From NCBI RefSeq assembly GCF_037126435.1, contig NZ_CP147020.1:1907293-1971292 (forward strand): a stretch of DNA of 64,000 nt. Reading direction: 5' to 3'. The position numbers and the translations under genes were made by a program. The first letter of the stretch is position 1, and each line of letters begins with the position of its first letter. Source of the stretch: Bernardetia sp. ABR2-2B (GTDB lineage Bacteria; Bacteroidota; Bacteroidia; Cytophagales; Bernardetiaceae). Under the pieces are notes generated by a model. The model was not told the DNA's origin, ran no database searches, and saw only the letters and a list, made by a program, of their open reading frames with translations. This document shows, piece after piece, positions 8,588 through 15,991 of this stretch.

Positions 8588-9721
8588 TCAGTAAGTATAT
8601 CTATTTTTAGGTCTTCCTATTGAGTTAAAATTTGTACTTCCATCATTTCTATAATACAAAGATTGACCATTGTCTAATATACGAGTATCTTCATTATTTG
8701 TGCCATCTGCTCCTACTGAATAATATTGTCTAAGAGGTAAACCTTGTTCTTTTCTTATCATGTTTTCAACGTGAGTGGCATATATTTCAGCATACGGAAT
8801 ACTTTTATTTTGACCGTTAGCAGTAAGAACTCTTGTCCAAGTATTTCTATTTATAGTTCCGTTCTTAATATCTTCTACATGAGCTAACTCATGACCTAGC
8901 ATGACATAATTTTTAGTTTCCGTAATCCCAAATTCATCTGCACCTGTAAAAACATCTTCTGAATTCCACTTGACATAAGTGCCATTCTTCATATCTGCAG
9001 CACTACCTCCACTAGTTGATATAATATTTATAATTTCAGAAATAGATGTAAGCCCTTCTACTAAAGAACGTCCCCTATTTCCTTCTCTAAGTTTGCCAAG
9101 CGATGCAGTTAGTTCAAGAACAAAACTGTCATTACCTGAGTATGTTTCTCCTGTTTCTGAACTTATAAAAGCAAAATCTCCATTAGCATTTTTATCATAA
9201 AACCATCTCTCATTTTTTCCAGTTGTAGAACCATCCTCTAGAGTTATAGTAGAAGTTGTAGTAACGACAATACTATCTCCATTTGGATCAATATTTCGTA
9301 TCGGATTGTTACCTACAAAGTTATAAGGGTTTAAATCTGGATATTTATGTGCTAACCTATCTATACTCAAGAAACGAGCAAAGTTATCAGTATCAAGAAA
9401 TGTCTCTTTTATTAGATTATCTTTTTCATCAAAGGTACGCACTCTACCCAAATACAAGTCCAATTCTATTTTTGCAACGTTTCCATTTTTAATATCAAGG
9501 CTATGCTTTCCATTTCTCTCAGCTTCACTCATCAAAACAAAAGAGCTATCTCCAAACATCGCATAAGGACTTTGGTTTTTAGTTTCTGTGTTTCGAAACT
9601 GCGTGTTTTCTTTTCCAAATTCAAGATTAGAAGTAGTTTTATTATTGTTTTCTTTGCTAGAACATCCATAGAGAAATGTTGCACCTACTAGCAAAGCAAA
9701 AACGAATATTTTGTAGTTCAT
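8588..9721 (-). CDS. Polymorphic-toxin-like lipoprotein: RHS-core terminal motif plus HExxH zinc-metallopeptidase C-terminal domain
   Basis: Lipoprotein signal 'LLVGATFLYGCSS'. 'ARFLSIDRLAHKYPDLNPYNFVGNNPIRNIDPNGD' matches the RHS-core end consensus (RFLSxDP...NxYxYxxNNPxxxxDPxG). C-terminal ~230 aa contain 'MLGHELAHVED'. Confidence 0.6.
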   Translation of the reverse strand: MNYKIFVFALLVGATFLYGCSSKENNNKTTSNLEFGKENTQFRNTETKNQSPYAMFGDSSFVLMSEAERNGKHSLDIKNGNVAKIELDLYLGRVRTFDEKDNLIKETFLDTDNFARFLSIDRLAHKYPDLNPYNFVGNNPIRNIDPNGDSIVVTTTSTITLEDGSTTGKNERWFYDKNANGDFAFISSETGETYSGNDSFVLELTASLGKLREGNRGRSLVEGLTSISEIINIISTSGGSAADMKNGTYVKWNSEDVFTGADEFGITETKNYVMLGHELAHVEDIKNGTINRNTWTRVLTANGQNKSIPYAEIYATHVENMIRKEQGLPLRQYYSVGADGTNNEDTRILDNGQSLYYRNDGSTNFNSIGRPKNRYTY

Positions 9722-9786
9722 AAAGATATGATTTTTTGTAGACTCAAATATAGCTAGATTATTGGAAATGAGAAAATTATGATTTA

Positions 9787-12513
9787 TTACTCCTCCATTT
9801 CCCTCAAAATCCCCACCGTTTCGACACTCACTCTACACACTTTTCTCAAAAGCTCAATTAGCCTCTCTTTTTGATTATCAAAAGAATAAGTGGTAAAAAC
9901 TCCTTCTTCAACAGCTTTTTTGACAGTTTTATCTCTCAATTTTCGTTCGCTATGGTGTTCCAAAACCCACTCTAAAGCAGAGCGCACACCCAAACGATAA
10001 TGCCATGCTTCTTCTGGAATATTTTTCAGATAGGTTGTTTCATCAATCCAAACTAAACTGCGAACTCTGTCAGCTTTTAGAATGGCTTTTTTCTTAGATT
10101 TTTTTTCGGATGGATAACTGTCCACCTCTACTTTTTCAGACGAACGGCTGTTCGTCTCTATCTTTTCTTCTCGCTCTAAAGGATAAATAATAGCCTCTTC
10201 ATAATTGAGATGCAGATTTAATAATTTTTCTCCCCACGTTGCCCACTTCCAAAAATCTTCATACATCGGAATTCGTGGTAGTTCGGTATGGAGTATTTTT
10301 TCGTACTTTTTACGGTATTCTGGTGAGTGCAAAACGGCATAGATATAAGCAAAAATGGTATCTTTTGTCAAGGTTCTTGCCTCCACTTGATTGTCTTTCA
10401 TAGACTGCAAACTCTTCTTTAATTCCTTAAAGTTTTTTGCCTTAAATTTTACAGCCTTAGAAGAATAATGATGACGAAACTGCTCTAATGCCCAATCCGT
10501 AATATTTTCTTTAAACTCATTTGTTTCTTCATCAAAAAAGTATTTGGCAAATGTGTGCGTTGCTCTTGCACCGTAACCATTATCGGGAATAAAATTAGTA
10601 GCGTGAACTACCAATGGAACTTGTTTATGAACTGTAACACAAATAGTCGGATTTGGAGTTTGCTCTTTTTGAAGTGGAAAAAAACGAAATTGCTGATAGG
10701 GACGATGTGTAATTACCTCATCTACATATACAAACTGCTTTACAAAAGGGCGATAAGAAGCTTCCCTAACCTTGAAAGAATCATAATTTGTTTCTAAATT
10801 TCTTTTGAGGTTTTGAATAAGCTCTGCGTTCCATTTTATTTTGGCTTCCTTTATTTCTGACTTTACTCCTAAAAAACTTTGTAACGATTCTTTTTGGTCA
10901 GAATTATGCCACTTTTTGCGTTCTTCTTCATAAATCTGACTAAAATAACTTGCTTTTTTTTCTAAATTATCTTTATCAAAATCATACATCCATTCGTCTC
11001 TAGCCGTCAGAAGTGCAGGAGAAGCCCATTTGAAAAGTGCTGTTTCTTCATCTGCAAACTGTGCTGTTTGGGTAGCCTTGTGAGACAGAGGCATAAAACC
11101 TAAAAAATCATCTTCTGGAAGTGCAATCCAATAATTTACAGCTTGACTTACTTTTTTGAACGATAGATTTTGAAATTGTGTGCGTGAAAGAGCTTCTCCA
11201 AAATTCTTTAATGATTTGAAGTTTTTGGTAGGTTTCCAATAATAAACAGGGCATTGAGAACGCAAATGAGCCAAGCGAAAACCATTTGAATAATTATTTT
11301 TATTCTTTCTAACCAAAAAAAGCAATGCAGACTCATTTTCTTTTCCACTAAAAGCCTTTGTATTGTCTTTTTCATTTTTTGATAATTCTGATTTTTCTTC
11401 AATTATATTGGTTTGGCTTTCTTTTTCTACATTTTTATACTCCAAATCCATTACATAAATGCTATCAAATTCGGCTTGTACTCTCTTTCTAAAACCTTCA
11501 TAGGTAGGCGCATGTAAAACAACAGAGGGAAGCCAAACAGCAATAACGCCTTTTTCGGTAAGCCTATCAGTAGCCCAACGTACAAAACGCAAAGGCACAG
11601 GAGAAAAGGCATTTTTTTCATAAATAGGTGTATAAGCTGCCATTACACGGTTATCGATGGCAGCAAAATCAACCTCTTGACTTGTTTTGCTACTTCCTTT
11701 ATCTTTATTATTTTCACTAAAAATAAATTGATTTTGTTGGCTAGTTTTGAAAGAATTTCCGACAATGATATGATAACGAGCATCAATAGAACGGTAAAAC
11801 TCTTGTGCTTCACTTTCCTGTGAGCCAAAAAGTAATGTTTGTTTCGGCACATCCACAAAGTAGGCTGCGTTTGCCCAAAAGATAGGCTGTGAATTATTAG
11901 AGTTGTTATTTAGACTAACTTTCCATAAATAATATGACCAAATAGAAAGTGTACAGGTATAAGACTGACCGACAGAAGGCTGAATATCTTGAAAAAAAGT
12001 ACCTTGATAAAGTGAAGGAGCTTCAAGATTGGCGATAGATTGCTGAATAAAACTTGCAAACTCTAAAGGAGCAACACCTACTTCAAATTTGCGTTGCCAA
12101 TGGACAATAATTTGTTCTTTTTTAGTCTTAGAAAGACTAGTAGAAATTTCTTTTAAAGACAGGCAGTATTTTTTCCATTGTTCTAAAAATCCATTCTTAA
12201 AAAAAACAGAAAAAGCATCTAGTTTTTGAAAGACAGTATCTTTTTTTATAAAAAAGTTATTTTCTAATGGTGTAGAGCTTTCCGTAAAAAATAGACTTTC
12301 TACTAAGGGAAATACAATTTGATGTGATAGAATAGCCGTTTTGAGTAAATTCTCATCAGGCAGACTATGAAACTGAGAAGCAAAAGCACCCAAAGAACGA
12401 TAAGCAGAAGTCTGACGAATTTTATTTTTATCAAATTCGTCTTGCAAAGATGCTATCAAATTATCAATAGCAAAAAAGGTAGGGATTTCTATATTTTTAT
12501 TCTCAAACTTCAT
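9787..12513 (-). CDS. Large (908 aa) protein with type ISP/IIG-like C-terminal block; MTase catalytic motif not evident
   Basis: C-terminal 'IFAYIYAVLHSPEYRKKYEKILHTELPRIPMYEDF' recalls the conserved C-terminus of Type ISP/IIG MTase-REase fusions. 'VIAVWLPSVVLHAPTYEGFRKRV' is a motif-V-like block. Where NPPY/F would sit there is 'IIVGNSF'; no helicase or FxGxG seen. Confidence 0.55.
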   Translation of the reverse strand: MKFENKNIEIPTFFAIDNLIASLQDEFDKNKIRQTSAYRSLGAFASQFHSLPDENLLKTAILSHQIVFPLVESLFFTESSTPLENNFFIKKDTVFQKLDAFSVFFKNGFLEQWKKYCLSLKEISTSLSKTKKEQIIVHWQRKFEVGVAPLEFASFIQQSIANLEAPSLYQGTFFQDIQPSVGQSYTCTLSIWSYYLWKVSLNNNSNNSQPIFWANAAYFVDVPKQTLLFGSQESEAQEFYRSIDARYHIIVGNSFKTSQQNQFIFSENNKDKGSSKTSQEVDFAAIDNRVMAAYTPIYEKNAFSPVPLRFVRWATDRLTEKGVIAVWLPSVVLHAPTYEGFRKRVQAEFDSIYVMDLEYKNVEKESQTNIIEEKSELSKNEKDNTKAFSGKENESALLFLVRKNKNNYSNGFRLAHLRSQCPVYYWKPTKNFKSLKNFGEALSRTQFQNLSFKKVSQAVNYWIALPEDDFLGFMPLSHKATQTAQFADEETALFKWASPALLTARDEWMYDFDKDNLEKKASYFSQIYEEERKKWHNSDQKESLQSFLGVKSEIKEAKIKWNAELIQNLKRNLETNYDSFKVREASYRPFVKQFVYVDEVITHRPYQQFRFFPLQKEQTPNPTICVTVHKQVPLVVHATNFIPDNGYGARATHTFAKYFFDEETNEFKENITDWALEQFRHHYSSKAVKFKAKNFKELKKSLQSMKDNQVEARTLTKDTIFAYIYAVLHSPEYRKKYEKILHTELPRIPMYEDFWKWATWGEKLLNLHLNYEEAIIYPLEREEKIETNSRSSEKVEVDSYPSEKKSKKKAILKADRVRSLVWIDETTYLKNIPEEAWHYRLGVRSALEWVLEHHSERKLRDKTVKKAVEEGVFTTYSFDNQKERLIELLRKVCRVSVETVGILREMEE

Positions 12514-12634
12514 TAAAAACTACTCCTTTAATTCTGTCTCATTTTGGTTTTAAAATCTAAGAACAAAACTACAAAAGATTATTCTATTTTTAATGAGTTT
12601 TATTGTTTGTTTGTCGAAGAGCGTAGAGTTTTTA

Positions 12635-13450
12635 TCAAAACAAACTACCTTGAGTAATTGGGTTAGGAGGAAAAACACCAATGATTACAAAAGGATTGGA
12701 AGCTCTATAATGATGAATTTTAGTTGTTCCCAAAAACAAATAAATATCTTTTTTCTTAGCAAACGAATCAAAATATTTCTTCTCAACATCTTTACAAGCC
12801 TTTAGTTTATCTCCATCATGTCTTTTTAGACAGTTCCAGTATAGTTGTCCTATCTCCCAATCCTCAATCATCATTTTTGTGGTTTTCCCATTACTATCTT
12901 CCCATTGATAAGAAAACTTGTAAGGCAGTTTCTTTACTACTTTAAAATTGTCATTTTTTACACTTCCAAATAAATTCATTTGCTTCATTGCTTCTAATTT
13001 TCTTGAATCCCATTCATCTTCTACTTTTTCGTAAATAAACTTATGAATTTTTGTGGGCTTAAAAACAGCTAAAGATGTAGATACAGCCCTATCTTTAGCT
13101 TCTCCAATTAGAATAGACAAATCTGTGTAAACGTTTTTTAATACTATTTCTCTACGTTTTTTCCACGTATTACCATCTGCTAGGATTTCTCCTACTTTTT
13201 TTATTTCTGTATCTTCAGAATGAGGTCTATAACTTTCTGGACGTGGGTCACTTGTATTTTTGACTAAATCTATTTCTATCCATTCATATTTTTTGTATTG
13301 GTCTTTGTATGATTTTTTTCTAAACTGAATAGGATAAATACGTATCCATGTTCCGTCTTCTCTGAAACCTGCTGTACATACTAATTCGTCATATTTTACA
13401 GAAATAGTAGGATAGGTTTTTACTGTTATTAATACTTTTTCAATAGCCAT
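12635..13450 (-). CDS. Hypothetical protein (271 aa), middle gene of three-gene operon
   Basis: Start ATG lies 2 nt after the stop of the upstream gene (translational coupling). No motif recognised. Confidence 0.55.
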   Translation of the reverse strand: MAIEKVLITVKTYPTISVKYDELVCTAGFREDGTWIRIYPIQFRKKSYKDQYKKYEWIEIDLVKNTSDPRPESYRPHSEDTEIKKVGEILADGNTWKKRREIVLKNVYTDLSILIGEAKDRAVSTSLAVFKPTKIHKFIYEKVEDEWDSRKLEAMKQMNLFGSVKNDNFKVVKKLPYKFSYQWEDSNGKTTKMMIEDWEIGQLYWNCLKRHDGDKLKACKDVEKKYFDSFAKKKDIYLFLGTTKIHHYRASNPFVIIGVFPPNPITQGSLF

Positions 13451-13452
13451 AT

Positions 13453-14394
13453 TTATAGATTTTGATGAGGAATGTCCCAGTTTTCTTGATTTATTATATT
13501 CTTCAGTACAACTCCTCTATGGCACATACAAACCTCTTTTTCAAAACAAGTAAGTGCAATTCTAGAATATTCATTTATGTAATCGTTTATCAGAAGTAAA
13601 TACTCTTTATTTTCTTTTAAGGTTGTTTTTTCATACTCTTTAAATAAAATATCATAATCTTTCTGATTGTTCAATTTTTGTCTTTTAGAAGATACAATTC
13701 CTAATTGTGGAATATGTAAATATTCGATTCCTACAGCTTCACAAGCACTTTTAAGACGGTTTTTTGAAAATCCATATTTCATACTCAATGGGTTTTTTCT
13801 AACATCACAAAGTAGCTTTACATCATTAATAATTAATTTATTGAGATATTTTTCTAAACTAACACCTTCATAACCAATTGTAAACACTTTTTGCTCTTTA
13901 TAATTTCTCTTTTGTTCATTTACTTTTTTTAGCTCTTCATCAGATAATAATCTTTCAGCAATCTGACTTTTTGTAGCAAAAAAGGGGTACTTAATATAAG
14001 TATGTTTTACTAATTTGTTTAGGGGCAAAAATTCTATTTCTTTTTTTATATCTAATATAAACTGCTTATCTTCTTTATTCAATTTATAAACCATTGAATC
14101 ATTCTCTATCAACTTCCAAGTAGATTGGTTATTTTTTGTTTCTTTTTCTATCAATCCATATTTCGAAAGCGTATTTAAATCTTGATTTGCTTGAAAAGAA
14201 TAGCAACCATATTTGTAAGGTACAAAATCATAAGATTTTTTAGTTTGTAAACGTGTTACAAGAAATAAAACTTTTTGTAGATAAGTATTTGATAATTCTC
14301 CTTCAAAAATATCTAAAATAGATAGAAGCAATTTACGACGATAATACATAATGAAAACAAATTTTGAAAAACAGTCAGCTAATTTAATTAGCAA
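13453..14394 (-). CDS. Fusion protein: N-terminal Panacea (DUF4065)-like domain plus C-terminal DUF488 domain
   Basis: C-terminal half 'FTIGYEGVSLEKYL...LLCDVRKNPLSMKYGFSKNRLKSACEAVGIEYLHIPQLG...IALTCFEKEVCMCHRGVV' matches DUF488 conserved blocks. N-terminal half 'KVLFLVTRLQ...YDFVPYKYGCYSFQANQDLNTLSKYGLI' resembles Panacea/SocA-type domains. Confidence 0.6.
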   Translation of the reverse strand: MLIKLADCFSKFVFIMYYRRKLLLSILDIFEGELSNTYLQKVLFLVTRLQTKKSYDFVPYKYGCYSFQANQDLNTLSKYGLIEKETKNNQSTWKLIENDSMVYKLNKEDKQFILDIKKEIEFLPLNKLVKHTYIKYPFFATKSQIAERLLSDEELKKVNEQKRNYKEQKVFTIGYEGVSLEKYLNKLIINDVKLLCDVRKNPLSMKYGFSKNRLKSACEAVGIEYLHIPQLGIVSSKRQKLNNQKDYDILFKEYEKTTLKENKEYLLLINDYINEYSRIALTCFEKEVCMCHRGVVLKNIINQENWDIPHQNL

Positions 14395-14546
14395 TTTATT
14401 AAAATTTTCTAAAGATAACTAATATTATTTCAATTTTGACAAAGCGAAGAAAACCAAACACAATTTATACAGTTTTGCAAGAATATTTTTTATTCTCTAA
14501 TTTTAAGCAAGAATAATCTAAATTTAAACTAATTCAAGCAAAACAC

Positions 14547-15890
14547 ATGAAAAAATCCATCTTAGTTCTAAACGCAAAACTCATCAACGAAGGAAAAATC
14601 GAAGAAAAAGATATTTTTATAAAAAACGGAAGATTTAGCCGTATCGAAAATGATTTGTCAAGCCTAAAAGCTGATACAGTCATTGATGCAAAAGGGCAGT
14701 ATGCAATGGCAGGAGTTATCGATGACCAAGTGCATTTTAGAGAACCAGGACTTACACACAAAGCACAAATTTATACAGAAGCAAAAGCAGCCGTAAAAGG
14801 TGGAACAACTACTTTTATGGAAATGCCCAATACAAAACCACAGGCTCTGACGCAAAAATTATTAGCTGATAAATATGAAATTGGTGCAAAGGATTCTATC
14901 GCTAATTATTCGTTTTTTATGGGCGTTTCGAATGAAAACTTGGAGGAAGTTTTGAAGACAGATAAGAATAATGTTTGTGGTTTGAAAATTTTTATGGGTT
15001 CTTCTACTGGCGATATGCTCGTTGATGATAGGCAGGTTTTGGAAACTATTTTTAGCCAAACGGATATGCTCATTGCTACACATTGTGAAGATGAAGCAAC
15101 TGTAAGAGAGAATGAAAGACTTGCAAAGGCAGAATATGGAGATGATGTTCCGATGCGTTTGCACCCAGAGATAAGAAACGTAGAAGCGTGTTATAAATCG
15201 TCTAGCCTAGCAGTAGAACTCGCCAAAAAATACAATACTCGTTTGCATATTTTGCATATCTCAACGGCAAAAGAACTTGACTTATTTAGAAATGATATTC
15301 CTTTAGCAGAAAAACGAATTACGGCAGAAGTTTGTGTTCATCATCTTTGGTTTGATGCTGTGGACTACGAAAAATTAGGTTCGCAAGTAAAATGTAATCC
15401 TGCTGTAAAAGAAGCACAGAATAAAGACGCACTTTGGGAAGGACTTTTAGATGACCGTTTGGATATTATTGCAACTGACCATGCGCCTCACACATGGGAA
15501 GAAAAACAAAATAATTATTGGTCTGCTCCTTCTGGTGTTCCTCTGATTCAGCATTCCCTTTTAATGCTTTTGGAAGCTCACAAACAACATAAAATTTCTT
15601 TAGAAAAAATAGCTGAAAAAATGGCTCATGCACCTGCTATTTGTTTTCAGATAAAAGAGAGAGGTTTTGTAAGAGAAGGTTATTTTGCTGATTTGGTACT
15701 TTTTGATTTGGAAAAACCGACGATTGTAAAAAAAGAAGATTTAGAATATAAATGCAACTGGTCGCCTTTTGAGGGAAATACATTTGACTCCACTATTACA
15801 CATACGATTGTTTCTGGGCATTTAGCTTACCAAAATGGAGAGTTTGATGAGAGCGAGAAAGGAATGAGAATTAGTTTTGAGAGAAGCTAA
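14547..15890 (+). CDS. pyrC: Dihydroorotase (cyclic amidohydrolase)
   Basis: 'IDDQVHFREPGLTHKAQIYTE', 'THCEDE', 'ATDHAPH' metal-ligand motifs of the dihydroorotase/allantoinase family. Confidence 0.8.
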   Translation: MKKSILVLNAKLINEGKIEEKDIFIKNGRFSRIENDLSSLKADTVIDAKGQYAMAGVIDDQVHFREPGLTHKAQIYTEAKAAVKGGTTTFMEMPNTKPQALTQKLLADKYEIGAKDSIANYSFFMGVSNENLEEVLKTDKNNVCGLKIFMGSSTGDMLVDDRQVLETIFSQTDMLIATHCEDEATVRENERLAKAEYGDDVPMRLHPEIRNVEACYKSSSLAVELAKKYNTRLHILHISTAKELDLFRNDIPLAEKRITAEVCVHHLWFDAVDYEKLGSQVKCNPAVKEAQNKDALWEGLLDDRLDIIATDHAPHTWEEKQNNYWSAPSGVPLIQHSLLMLLEAHKQHKISLEKIAEKMAHAPAICFQIKERGFVREGYFADLVLFDLEKPTIVKKEDLEYKCNWSPFEGNTFDSTITHTIVSGHLAYQNGEFDESEKGMRISFERS

Positions 15891-15991
15891 CGTGAAGTTA
15901 TCAGTCAAAGCAAAACAAAAATCCATTATTTACTCAAAGAATAAATAATGGATTTTTTTATAACTAATAATTAAACGTTAATCACTAAAAA

